DNA from: Bacteroidia bacterium
GTDB taxonomy: Bacteria; Bacteroidota; Bacteroidia; M30B66
Assembly (NCBI GenBank): GCA_965279035.1
Contig: OZ257142.1
Coordinates: forward strand, 1,312,001-1,376,000
Length of the DNA stretch: 64,000 nucleotides
Direction of reading: 5' to 3'
Shown: positions 40,801 through 50,074 of the stretch, piece by piece
Layout: the number at the start of each line of letters is the position of its first letter
Position numbering within the stretch: the first letter of the stretch is position 1
Notes under the pieces: generated by a model
What the model saw: only the letters and a program-made list of their open reading frames with translations
Database searches by the model: none
What the model was told of the DNA's origin: nothing
Translations under genes and position numbers: made by a program

Positions 40801-43800
40801 CGGCATCCATTTCCATGGCATCTTCCATTGGTGTATCATCTACAACTCCTGTTGGTCTTGGAGGAGCTGCAATGGCTGGTGTAACGTATTCATGGAACTT
40901 TGGAAGTGGTGCAAGTCCTGCAATGGTTACTGGTATTGGTCCACATTCAGTTTCTTGGTCAAGCTCAGGTTTGAAAACAGTAACACTGACAGTTTCGTTA
41001 AATGGATGTTCATCAACCATCACACAAACAATCAATGTCATAACTCCTTCTACATCCAGCTTTACGGCGCCTTCAAGTATTTGCCTAGGATCGTCTGCAA
41101 CAATTAACTATACAGGAAATGCTTCATCTGGAGCTTTGTATGCATGGAATTTTGATGGAGGCACTGCAAGTCCTGGAACCGGAGTTGGGCCACATACTAT
41201 TACATGGGCCACATCTGGATTGAAAACCATTCATTTAATAGTAACGGATAATGGAATTGCTTCTTCAGATTTTACTGCAACAGTAAACGTAAATCCAATT
41301 CCAACATCCACATTCAGTTTGCCTGCGAGTGTTTGTTTGGGTTCTAATGCTACAATCACCTATACTGGAAATGCATCCTCTTCTGCTAGCTATTCCTGGA
41401 ACTTCGGGACATCCTCAAGTCCTGGAACAGCTTTAACAAGTGGACCACATCAAGTGAATTGGTCATCGGCAGGTTCTCCTTCCGTTACACTTTCTGTTAC
41501 TGAAAATGGTTGTTCATCAACACCAACATCTTCCACTATTTCCGTTTTAAGTCCACCATCCATTGGAATTGCAGCATTATCTGCTGTATGTGAAAATGTC
41601 AATGCAAGTGTTACTCTCAGTGGATCAGCTGTGTCTGGAGTTACATATTCTTGGAATTTTGGTTCAAATGCAAGTCCTGCAACGGCTACTGGTGCAGGAC
41701 CACATTCCGTTAATTGGACAAGTTCAGGTACCAAAACTATCACACTTAATGCTACTCAAAGTGGATGTGCAGCAACACCTGTAACATCAACAGTATTAGT
41801 TAACTCAACCCCATCAGCTAGTTTTACTTTAAGCAATCCTTCCTGTGTGAATGAGGATGTTATTGCAACTTACACGGGAAGTGCAGGAAATTCAGCTAGT
41901 TTCAATTGGTCATATCCTGGTGCTTCGCTTATTTCTGGTTCAGCCTCAGGACCGCTTCAACTTAGTTGGGCAAGTTCGGGTGTGAAACAAGTTCAATTGA
42001 CAGTCACTGAAAATGGATGTGTTTCAACAACGGTTTCGAATTCAACAACGATTCTTGATCCACCTTCATTCACGATAAGTTCTCCTCAATACACAGGGAT
42101 AAATTCTTCTACAACCATTACCTATACTGGAACACAGCCAACAGGAGCTAGCTATTTATGGAATTTTGCTGGAGGAACAGTTATCTCAGGTTCTGGAGCT
42201 GGACCATATCAAGTACAATGGTCAAGTACGGGTACGAAAACGATCTTTTGTACTGTGAGTTTGAATGGCTGTTCATCTGTAACAAATTCTTCAACAACAC
42301 AAGTTGTAGCGGCTGCGATAGCTTCTTTCACTGCTGATTCACCGCTTTGTCCGAATGAAGTGAGTACGGTTGTCTTTACCGGATTTGCGCTTTCTTCTGC
42401 TTCTTACACTTGGGATTTTGATGGAGGAACAATCATCTCTGGATCAGGTCCGGGACCTTTTCAAATTTCTTGGCCAAGTTCAGGAACAAAAAATATCAGC
42501 TTATTAGTTAGTCAATTGGGAATTGATAGTCCTTTAATGACCAATCAAGTAATTGTAAATCCAATTCCTACAGCCAATTTTACTACAGTAGATCCATTGT
42601 GTGCAGGAAATGATATCACATTTAGCTATACAGGATCGGCATCCAATGCAGCAAACTTTGTATGGAATTTCGGATCAGGAGTTCTACAAGATTCGGTTCA
42701 AGGAGTATCGTATACAGTGAATTTTTCAAGTACTGGAAATGAAAACGTTTCCTTGGTAGTTTCTGAAAATGGATGTGTTTCGACTCCAGTGAGCTTGCCT
42801 ATTAGCATTCATCAAGTACCAACGGCTAATTTTACTGCAAGTGCATCTGCATGTGAAGATGCTCCTGTTACGTTAAATTATACTGGATCAGCTTCTAGTT
42901 CTGCTGCATTTTCTTGGGAATATCCAACTGGAGATTATATTTCAGGTTCATCTTCAGGACCAATTTCTATCAGTTATCCTAGTAATGGAACTCAAACGGT
43001 TTCGCTTGTTGTGAGTGAAAATGGATGTGTTTCAGATTCGTTCCATGTTGCGGTAAATATCATTGCTACACCTACAGCGAGTTTCTCAATTGTTAGTTCG
43101 GGATGTTCTGCCGATTCGGTTTTAATTACTTATACTGGAAATGCAAGTTCATCGGCAACGTATGTATGGGATTTTGAATCAGCAGTTGGTTATTCCGGAG
43201 CAGATCAAGGTCCTTATTCTGCCTTATTTCCGGGAGCTGGGAATTATCCTGTGGGATTGTTTGTCATGGAAAATGGATGTATGTCGGCCATTAACGAACA
43301 ACATATTTTATTAAACGCCTCACCTTCTGCTGCCTTTACAATCGAAGACACTGTTTATGTAAATCAAACAGCAACGGCTGTATTTAATGGGTTAGCTCCA
43401 ACAGGAACTTCCATGACTTGGTTATATCCTTCGGCGAATATTCTAAGCGGAGGAGCAGGTGGTCCAATTGAAATGAATTGGGCAAATGCTGGAACATATC
43501 CTGTTTCACTTAGCGTTGATAATGCTGGTTGTTCCGATGGTCCAGTCGTTCATCAAGTAGTTGTACTCAATTTACCAGCTTCGGCTTTTACACTATCAGA
43601 AGATACTCTTTGTGCTGGATCTTCCATTACTGTTCAATATTCAGGAATTGGATCAAGTCAAGCACAATATCATTGGAATTTCGATGGAGCTACAATAATC
43701 TCAGGTTCTGCTTGGGGACCATATGAAATAACATGGCCAACGGAAGGTCCTCATACGATCACATTGAATGTGAGTGTTGATGGTTTAACAACTCCAACAA

Positions 43801-45608
43801 GTTCGGAATTAGTTCAAGTTATTGGAATTCCTGTTGCAAGTTTTGATATGCCAGAAGAAGCTTGTGCTGGTTCGGAAGTTCATGCAACCTACAATTCAAT
43901 AACAACATTGAATGCCCAATTCCAGTGGATTGCTTCTGGAGTTGATAGTTTGAATTTGAATGATCCTGCAAATCCAATTCTGATTTGGAATTCAGCAGGT
44001 ACAATGAATGTGATTTTGAATGTTGCTGATGCCATGTGTATTTCAGCTCCATTTGCAAAAACAATTACGATTCATCAAGTTCCAACAGCTTCATTTTCAA
44101 TTCCTCAAACACTTTGTAAATCATCCGATTTCGAAATTGATTTTACTGGATCTACCATTCCTGGAGCTACTTATTCTTGGAATTTCGGATCAGCTGAAAT
44201 TGTTTCTGGTTCGAATGCAGGACCTTATATCTTGAATTCAAGTACAGTTGGAGTTGATCATATTACGTTAGAAGTTTCTTCGAATGGTTGTACTTCCACA
44301 TTAGCTGATACTTCAATAATTGTAAGAGATTTACCAACGGTGAATGTTGGAGCAGATACGCAAGTGTGTTCGGGTGATACCATCCAACTTTCAACATTGT
44401 CGCAAGCTAATTATGATTATGCTTGGTTGCCTTCCACAGGTTTGAGTGATGATTCCATTGCGAATCCAACATTAACGCTTTCGACCATTCACAATTACGT
44501 AGAAACATCTATTTATACTGTTCAGGTTTCTGATGGATATTGCTCAAATTCAGATCAAATAGAAATTAGCATTGCACCTAAACCAACCGCGTCGTTTATT
44601 CACCCGGATGGACAATGCTTCGATGGAAATAGTTTTGAATTTGTTCCGGATGGAAGTTTTACCTCTGATGCTACCTTTTTCTGGAATCTTGGATCACATG
44701 CCTATACACATTCACCTAGCGATCCTATTCAACACGCAATTAGTTTCGACACTTCAGGAACGTTCTCTGTTTCACTTTCGGTAAGTCAATACGGATGTGT
44801 TAGTGATTTGTATTTAGATACTATTCAAGTTTTCAAAAGTCCTTCAGCCACGTTTACTGCACATAACATTAAAGGCTGTGTTCCATTAACATCAACGTTC
44901 GAAGCCAATTCAAGTTCAGCTGGCTCAACGCAATACACTTGGAATTTTGGTGATGGAAATTCATCCACTGGTGCTAATCCTGAACATACGTATGAATCTT
45001 CTGGATACATGACAGTTACTGTAACTGCTGTTGATTCGAACGGTTGTACAGCAAGCTTTACAGAGCAAAATTCTGTTCAAGTTTTAGAGCAACCCATTGC
45101 CGGATTTAGAACTTCTCCCGAAGTCGTATTTATTGGTGGGGATGAGTTGGAATTAACGAGTTTATCGGAAAACGCTTTGTATTGTTATTACGTGATTGGG
45201 AATGATACCATTTTAGGGTGTACAAATACCTATAATTTTACCGAAGAAGGTGTATTTCCAATAACACAAGTTGTATTGAATGCCTTGGGTTGTACCGATG
45301 AAATAACGCATACCGTAGTTGTAGAATATGGTACCGAATATTATGTTCCAACAGCATTTTCTCCTAATAACGATGGAACGAATGATGAATTCAAAGTAGT
45401 TGGATCAGAAATCAAGAAATTTTCAATCATCATTTTCGATCGTTGGGGAAATGAAATTTTTACCAGTGATGATATTGATAAAGGATGGAAAGGCTTGACC
45501 AGTGGTAACGAATTAATGCCAGAAGGGGTTTATTCCTATCGATTAGAAATGAAAAGTAAACTCAATAAAGACATTGTCAAGACAGGTGCAGTAACATTAC
45601 TCAGATAA
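37833..45608 (+). CDS. Giant repetitive surface protein (PKD/Ig-like repeats; T9SS type B CTD)
   Basis: NIDO-like N-domain (GPFPIGFQFCFFG...SNGW); ~22 tandem ~82-aa repeats (C..YTG..YxWxFG..GPxxVxW..KTVxLTV..GC); C-terminal YVPTAFSPNNDGTND...DRWG; start is GTG 37833 or ATG 37836. Confidence 0.88.
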   Translation: MMKWRKLILLFLYLAVKTVQAQAPSLTINPTGNLSVCAGTTVNVSATVNNAFAGTTSYAISNITYSPYTVLAGTSLTMPDDTVLGPFPIGFQFCFFGNTYTQFYVGSNGWVGFSPGQTRAFTANSIPNTTTFVPRNCIMGPWMDFNPGIAGGPYIKYQTQGIAPYRRLVVQWTNCPLYQCIASKATFQIVLFESTNVIENYIANKPVCVVWAGGTATQGLHNQAGTTAFAVTGRNASVWTATNDAIRYQPSGPPSYTINWTSNGIPIGTGASASTVVNGPGNTRIIGRVNFQCSNLIVYDTLDVSIGGAASAAFSVPTVVCAGQAANFTYTGGSTGTGAWTFASGTPATASSTGTVSTTWASPGTYNVGLTVTPSSGLCSPGSLTQAVTVVSPPTSTFTLPATICTGANATITYTGTAPAGSTYTWNFGANATPATATGVGPHTVAWSAIGSKTVSLTVAGGTCTSTTTNTISVNSAPTSTFTVAPTTVCVGANSTMTFTGTAAAGASYAWNFGVGATPATANTAGPHTVSWSSSGTKTITLSVTAGGCTSAVTSHTVTVNPVPTATFTMPATVCVGSNASISYTGNGLAPPSASYSWNIGGGGPAPGNVQGPFGVSWASSGTKTVSLTVAQAGCTSSPVSQTINVVALPTVSISASAASTCVGQALSFSTTGAAQPSGTTYSWNFGAGASPTTSTSAGPVSVTWSVISSPTATLTVSSGGCTSSPASASVSIVAPPVSTISAPATGCIGVPVSISAPGPFASGTTFNWNFGTGVVISGSGAGPYIVQWATSGFKPVSLTVTSGACSSSSNVSVDIRSASTASFTVPSTICAGQASTVTFSGSASGTATYLWNFGVGATPATANTAGPHSVTWSSAGSKTISLTLTDGTCTIPVSTQTVTVNPVYTSTFSLPATACTGTSGTINYTGNAPVGASYSWNFGIGATPATASTVGPHSVSWTGAGSKTVSLTVTSAGCSSTTSQNLSVSLTPTASISMASSIGVSSTTPVGLGGAAMAGVTYSWNFGSGASPAMVTGIGPHSVSWSSSGLKTVTLTVSLNGCSSTITQTINVITPSTSSFTAPSSICLGSSATINYTGNASSGALYAWNFDGGTASPGTGVGPHTITWATSGLKTIHLIVTDNGIASSDFTATVNVNPIPTSTFSLPASVCLGSNATITYTGNASSSASYSWNFGTSSSPGTALTSGPHQVNWSSAGSPSVTLSVTENGCSSTPTSSTISVLSPPSIGIAALSAVCENVNASVTLSGSAVSGVTYSWNFGSNASPATATGAGPHSVNWTSSGTKTITLNATQSGCAATPVTSTVLVNSTPSASFTLSNPSCVNEDVIATYTGSAGNSASFNWSYPGASLISGSASGPLQLSWASSGVKQVQLTVTENGCVSTTVSNSTTILDPPSFTISSPQYTGINSSTTITYTGTQPTGASYLWNFAGGTVISGSGAGPYQVQWSSTGTKTIFCTVSLNGCSSVTNSSTTQVVAAAIASFTADSPLCPNEVSTVVFTGFALSSASYTWDFDGGTIISGSGPGPFQISWPSSGTKNISLLVSQLGIDSPLMTNQVIVNPIPTANFTTVDPLCAGNDITFSYTGSASNAANFVWNFGSGVLQDSVQGVSYTVNFSSTGNENVSLVVSENGCVSTPVSLPISIHQVPTANFTASASACEDAPVTLNYTGSASSSAAFSWEYPTGDYISGSSSGPISISYPSNGTQTVSLVVSENGCVSDSFHVAVNIIATPTASFSIVSSGCSADSVLITYTGNASSSATYVWDFESAVGYSGADQGPYSALFPGAGNYPVGLFVMENGCMSAINEQHILLNASPSAAFTIEDTVYVNQTATAVFNGLAPTGTSMTWLYPSANILSGGAGGPIEMNWANAGTYPVSLSVDNAGCSDGPVVHQVVVLNLPASAFTLSEDTLCAGSSITVQYSGIGSSQAQYHWNFDGATIISGSAWGPYEITWPTEGPHTITLNVSVDGLTTPTSSELVQVIGIPVASFDMPEEACAGSEVHATYNSITTLNAQFQWIASGVDSLNLNDPANPILIWNSAGTMNVILNVADAMCISAPFAKTITIHQVPTASFSIPQTLCKSSDFEIDFTGSTIPGATYSWNFGSAEIVSGSNAGPYILNSSTVGVDHITLEVSSNGCTSTLADTSIIVRDLPTVNVGADTQVCSGDTIQLSTLSQANYDYAWLPSTGLSDDSIANPTLTLSTIHNYVETSIYTVQVSDGYCSNSDQIEISIAPKPTASFIHPDGQCFDGNSFEFVPDGSFTSDATFFWNLGSHAYTHSPSDPIQHAISFDTSGTFSVSLSVSQYGCVSDLYLDTIQVFKSPSATFTAHNIKGCVPLTSTFEANSSSAGSTQYTWNFGDGNSSTGANPEHTYESSGYMTVTVTAVDSNGCTASFTEQNSVQVLEQPIAGFRTSPEVVFIGGDELELTSLSENALYCYYVIGNDTILGCTNTYNFTEEGVFPITQVVLNALGCTDEITHTVVVEYGTEYYVPTAFSPNNDGTNDEFKVVGSEIKKFSIIIFDRWGNEIFTSDDIDKGWKGLTSGNELMPEGVYSYRLEMKSKLNKDIVKTGAVTLLR

Positions 45609-45640
45609 AAAAAGAGGCTGCCTAAATAGACAGCCTCTTT
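45607..45640. terminator. Bidirectional terminator
   Basis: AAAGAGGCTG/CAGCCTCTTT between convergent genes. Confidence 0.8.
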
Positions 45641-45663
45641 CTATTTAAAATGGAAGTTTCTGA

Positions 45664-47103
45664 TTATTGTTTAACAATTTTCAACACTTGACGAGCTCCA
45701 TTTCCTTCAACAGAAAGAAGGTAGATTCCAGTTTTGTAATTGCTAAGGTTCAATACATAGTTGAAGTTGTCACCGTTTGTATTGATAGTTTCGGTTGTTA
45801 AAACACGACCAGTTAAATCCATTACGCGGAAAATAACATTATCAGCCATGTTCATACGAACAGAAACACTCATGTAATCGCTTGCTGGATTAGGATAGGC
45901 TTCAACCATCATCGCATCTTCCATGATATCGCTGCTAGATTCTTCATTTGTGATTTTTGCAACACTTGAAGAACAGTTTTGAAGTCCAAGAACAGCATCT
46001 ACATCAAAGCCATCACCATCTCCAGGGAAGTTACCTACACCAATAAAAGTGATATCTGTAATTTTAATATAGTTCACCACAGCAAGACTTCCGAAATCCA
46101 ATTTACCATCGCGGCAAATTACATTCGTTCCAGCTACTTCGCCATTTCCAGCATCACCTGGTAGAATAACTAAATCATAAAAATCAACTCCATTACAAGA
46201 ACCTTGAATGCGAGCTTTTTCAGGGTAGTTACCGCATGTACGGCTTGCAACATCACCAAAAGATGTTTCGAAAATTTGAACGTCAGCTCCTGGTCCATTA
46301 AATAAGCTGTAAGGGAATGAAAGTGTAACAGAACCACCATTTCCTAATGAAAAGAAATTATTATTTGCTGGAGTTGTTGTTACATCGTTCGCATATACAT
46401 TAAATGGATTTAATGGTAATCCCAACATTTTGTTTTGGTTATCACGTGCAACAGGAATTGGTGCATTGGTTTCTGTTAAACCTTGTGTAGCTTGAGGATT
46501 TCCTAAGAAACCACTTGCAGCATATTTAGATAATCCTGTTTGAGATGGGAAAGAGCAACCAGTTGAATTTCCAGTTACACCATCTACATCATATCCATCC
46601 GCATCAATTGGAAAAAGTGTAATGTCTGATACATCTCTAATTTTTAAGTATTTCGCCCATGGTAAGCATGCAAGATCTAAAGAACCATTGTGACAAAGTG
46701 GATTTGCAGCTGTTGTTAATTCTACCCAATTACATAAATCTTGAGAAGCCCAAACACGTGCTTTTTCAGGATATGTGCTACACGTGTAACCCCAAGTAGT
46801 TTCAAAAACGGTAAGATCATCTCCAGCTCCGTTGCAAATCGGTCCAGACATTTCAACAGTAATTTCACCACCAAATCCTAAAGCATAGAAGTTTTCTGGT
46901 CCTTGAGCGTCGTTGTTCTCAGGTAAACCATACGTTTTTGTCAAATCAGAACGTACTGCTGTAACAGGTGAAACTGCATCGGCAAGTGTTCCTTGTGATG
47001 ACGAGATTACATTGCTAATGTAAACTTGAGCATCTAGCACATTTGTAACTGCTGATATTGCAAGTGCAGCTACCATCATTTTCATTGTAGGCATGTTTTT
47101 CAT
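45664..47103 (-). CDS. T9SS-secreted protein with two SLG-type domains (paralogue 5)
   Basis: ALGFGG and SLGNGG domains, CxxYPEKA, DGYDVDG/DGFDVDA, AYPNPA CTD; TACATTTG promoter at 47130-47137 supports ATG 47103. Confidence 0.85.
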   Translation of the reverse strand: MKNMPTMKMMVAALAISAVTNVLDAQVYISNVISSSQGTLADAVSPVTAVRSDLTKTYGLPENNDAQGPENFYALGFGGEITVEMSGPICNGAGDDLTVFETTWGYTCSTYPEKARVWASQDLCNWVELTTAANPLCHNGSLDLACLPWAKYLKIRDVSDITLFPIDADGYDVDGVTGNSTGCSFPSQTGLSKYAASGFLGNPQATQGLTETNAPIPVARDNQNKMLGLPLNPFNVYANDVTTTPANNNFFSLGNGGSVTLSFPYSLFNGPGADVQIFETSFGDVASRTCGNYPEKARIQGSCNGVDFYDLVILPGDAGNGEVAGTNVICRDGKLDFGSLAVVNYIKITDITFIGVGNFPGDGDGFDVDAVLGLQNCSSSVAKITNEESSSDIMEDAMMVEAYPNPASDYMSVSVRMNMADNVIFRVMDLTGRVLTTETINTNGDNFNYVLNLSNYKTGIYLLSVEGNGARQVLKIVKQ

Positions 47104-47359
47104 GGGTGTTAGGTTTAGAATTATAACAACAAATGTATATTTCTTACATATCGTCTTATAGTGGGTTTTCATCGTTTAATAACAATTTAATTCACAATTA
47201 GTCCAAAACCGTTGAATACGGGCATTCTGTATAAGGTTAAAAAGTCATTAAGCCTATTATTTATACTTATTATAAATAATTTTCTTACATCAATTGGTTG
47301 AGGTAGAGTAATAAATAGGTAAATGACTATAAAGTATAGGTTGGCCCCCCTTTCTCTTT

Positions 47360-47823
47360 CCCCGGATTGAAATCCGGGGGTGCTGTAGATTGAAGCTATA
47401 TTCGTTTAGGGTTGGGCATTAATGAAGAAAGACGCTTAATAAAACGTCTTTCTGAGGCTCGTTCTCCTATCCCCGGATTGAAATCCGGGGGTGCTGAAGA
47501 GTGAAGCAATATTCGTTTAGGGAAGGGCATTAACGAAAAAAGACGCCGAAAAGGCGTCTTTTACAATTGGAGGTGCTGAGCCTCGTTCCTCTATCCCCGG
47601 ATTGAAATCCGAGGATGCTGTTGGTCTTAGCTACAGTCGTTTAGGGAAGGGCATTAACGAAAAAAGACGCCGAATGGGCGTCTTTTACATTTAGAGGTTC
47701 CGAGCGGATTTATCTCATGACGTGTTTATTTTTTATTGGTATTCGTGAATCCGCTTACAAGCATTAACAAAAAAAGACGCTTAAAAAAGCGTCTTTAATC
47801 TAGAAGAGGTTCCGAGCGGATTT
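47360..47823. repeat. Tandem ~110-124 bp repeat array downstream of tRNA-Cys (REP-like hairpin + terminator + tRNA 3' fragment)
   Basis: CCCCGGATTGAAATCCG(G/A)GG at 47360, 47471 and 47595; AAAGACG...CGTCTTT hairpins x4; AGAGGTTCCGAGCGGATTT at 47693 and 47805. Confidence 0.85.
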
Positions 47824-47877
47824 GAACCGCTGTACAAAGTTTTGCAGACTTCTGCCTAACCTCTCGGCCACGGAACC
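47807..47877 (-). tRNA. tRNA-Cys(GCA)
   Basis: GGTTCCG/CGGAACC acceptor stem, anticodon loop CTGCAAA, GGTTCAAATCC T-arm, U discriminator, no encoded CCA; TACTTTTG promoter at 47892-47899. Confidence 0.95.
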
Positions 47878-47958
47878 GTTTTGAAGGGTGACAAAAGTAG
47901 CAAAATCAGACAAGCAGTCAAGAAAATTTTCAGGAATTTAACCTGTTTCGTTGAAATT

Positions 47959-48177
47959 TTACGAAATGCTTCGTTCTGAGTTACTTGGTTCAACAAACTC
48001 TTCCAAACATTTCGGACATAAACAGTCCATATACATCCGCCTGATCTTGGCAAGATTCTCTTTCGAAATCCTTAGTTTATCGCACCAGCAGCCATCTTTC
48101 GTTACACAGGTAAACGTATGACCACATTTGCCACATACCTTCTTCTTACTCAATTTTGACTTTAGGAAATTCCACAT
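47959..48177 (-). CDS. Small cysteine-rich CWC-family protein
   Basis: CxxCG..FxC...CWC...DCLCPxCL pattern. Confidence 0.8.
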   Translation of the reverse strand: MWNFLKSKLSKKKVCGKCGHTFTCVTKDGCWCDKLRISKENLAKIRRMYMDCLCPKCLEEFVEPSNSERSIS

Positions 48178-48179
48178 AC

Positions 48180-48536
48180 TCAAGATTCCATCACGATGCT
48201 CACTCCGGCAACTTTGCCTTCTATCGGAGGATTTAACTTCGTTACCTTGATTTTTGTTTTACCTAAGACCGGAAAATTCATCCGCAGACTATCCAAAATG
48301 CGTTTTGCCACATGTTCCAATAGCTTCGAAGGAATCTTCATTTCCTTCTGTATCAAGGCATACAAAGCCACATAATCGAGTGCCTCCGTTAAAGAATCAG
48401 TATTGGCCGCTTTGCTCAAATCGGTCTCTACTTCCAGGTCAATACGAAACCATTGTCCATCCTCGCGCTCCTTGGTATACAGCCCATGGTAGGCAAAGAA
48501 CTCCATGCCCTCGAGGATAATCTTCCCTTTGCTCAC
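48180..48536 (-). CDS. folB: Dihydroneopterin aldolase
   Basis: FFAYHG..ER..GQ, DY, LLEHVA and KLNPPI motifs; GTG start overlaps the gltX stop. Confidence 0.93.
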   Translation of the reverse strand: MSKGKIILEGMEFFAYHGLYTKEREDGQWFRIDLEVETDLSKAANTDSLTEALDYVALYALIQKEMKIPSKLLEHVAKRILDSLRMNFPVLGKTKIKVTKLNPPIEGKVAGVSIVMES

Positions 48537-50074
48537 GCAAACTTAGTTTTAGTATACTCCAAGGCTTTGTTAAAACGTGCTGCCACTTCTTCTTTCCCCA
48601 ATAAGCTACACACTTCAAACATCGATGGTCCTGCCGGTAAACCCGTAATTAAAATCCGAAATCCCTGAAGAACCTGACCGATTCCTACTCCAATCGATTC
48701 CAAATAGGCTTTGGATGTCGCTTCTAAATTAGCTGCTGAATAATCATTCGTTGCTGTTAATGCATCGCGCCAGCCTTCCAAAATCCCTTGTGTTTCGGGC
48801 TTCCATTTCTTGCTCAATGTAGCTTCATCCCAAGTGGTGGGTGCTTCAAAAAAGAAACGCGAATGTTCTAAGAAATCGTTCACGAAATTAGCTCGCTCTT
48901 TTACTAAGCCTACTACCGTAGTCACATACTCAATCGGACGATTAAATCCAGCTGCCACAAGTAAAGGCATAAACTCCACCGCTAATTCGGCATCCGAATG
49001 CTTCAATAAATACTGGTGGTTGAACCATTTCGCTTTTTCAAAATCGAATTTCGCACCTGCCTTGCTCACACGCTCCAAGCTAAACAACTGAACTAGCTCA
49101 TCCAACGAAAACATCTCCTGCGTCGTGCCCGGATTCCATCCCAACATACACAAGAAGTTCAACACTGCTTCGGGATAATATCCTTTTTCGCGGTAACCGC
49201 TCGTCGTATCGCCCGTATGTGGATCTACCCAATTTAATGGTGCCACCGGAAATCCTAAACGATCTCCATCACGCTTACTTAATTTCCCATTCCCATCGGG
49301 CTTCAAAATCAAAGGCAAATGCGCAAACTGTGGCATCACCTCTTCCCAACCTAAATAACGATATAAAAGCACATGGAGTGGGGCAGAAGGCAACCATTCT
49401 TCACCACGAATCACATGCGTAATCTGCATCAAATAATCATCAACCACATTCGCCAAATGGTAGGTAGGCATACCGTCCGACTTAAACAGCACCTTATCGT
49501 CCATGTTCTGGGTTTGAACCACAATCCATCCACGAATAATATCATGAAAACGCACTTCTTCTTGACGTGGAAGCTTCATCCGAATCACATAAGGCTCACC
49601 CGCATCTAGGCGCCGTTTTACCTCATCTTCCGAAAGTGTGACCGAATTCTTCATCGACATACGCGTAACGGCATTGTACTGCGGCGAAGCCACTTTCGCA
49701 GCTGTTAACTTAGCACGCATATCTTCTAATTCCTCAGGCGTATCAAATGCATAATAGGCATGACCGCTCGCTAGCAATTTTTCGGCATACTCTCGGTACA
49801 TTGCCTTGCGCTCACTTTGACGGTATGGCGCATGCGGACCACCATGCAGTGGACTTTCACTTGGGTTAATTCCCAGCCAGTTGAGGGCTTCCATAATATA
49901 CGCTTCGGCACCGGGAACAAAACGGTTTTGATCGGTATCTTCAATACGAAGAATAAAATCGCCCCCTAATTTGTGGGCAAAGAGGTAATTATAAAGAGCC
50001 GTACGAACTCCTCCAATATGCAGGGTTCCGGTAGGACTAGGAGCAAAACGAACACGGACGCGACGGTCGGTCAT
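48533..50074 (-). CDS. gltX: Glutamate--tRNA ligase
   Basis: RFAPSPTG-LHIGG, LRIEDTD, THVIRGEEW and KLSKR motifs; TAATTTTG promoter at 50099-50106. Confidence 0.97.
   Translation of the reverse strand: MTDRRVRVRFAPSPTGTLHIGGVRTALYNYLFAHKLGGDFILRIEDTDQNRFVPGAEAYIMEALNWLGINPSESPLHGGPHAPYRQSERKAMYREYAEKLLASGHAYYAFDTPEELEDMRAKLTAAKVASPQYNAVTRMSMKNSVTLSEDEVKRRLDAGEPYVIRMKLPRQEEVRFHDIIRGWIVVQTQNMDDKVLFKSDGMPTYHLANVVDDYLMQITHVIRGEEWLPSAPLHVLLYRYLGWEEVMPQFAHLPLILKPDGNGKLSKRDGDRLGFPVAPLNWVDPHTGDTTSGYREKGYYPEAVLNFLCMLGWNPGTTQEMFSLDELVQLFSLERVSKAGAKFDFEKAKWFNHQYLLKHSDAELAVEFMPLLVAAGFNRPIEYVTTVVGLVKERANFVNDFLEHSRFFFEAPTTWDEATLSKKWKPETQGILEGWRDALTATNDYSAANLEATSKAYLESIGVGIGQVLQGFRILITGLPAGPSMFEVCSLLGKEEVAARFNKALEYTKTKFA

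Noticed and set aside
38098-45010. Many short alternative-frame and antisense ORFs within the giant adhesin
   Set aside because: Expected shadows of T/S/A/G-rich repetitive codons; no independent motifs.
47360-47823. Possible CRISPR array (repeated palindrome CCCCGGATTGAAATCCGGGG)
   Set aside because: Intervening sequences are 90-105 bp and homologous to each other, and no cas genes are present.
47856-48053. 65-aa ORF
   Set aside because: Overlaps tRNA-Cys and the CWC gene; spurious.
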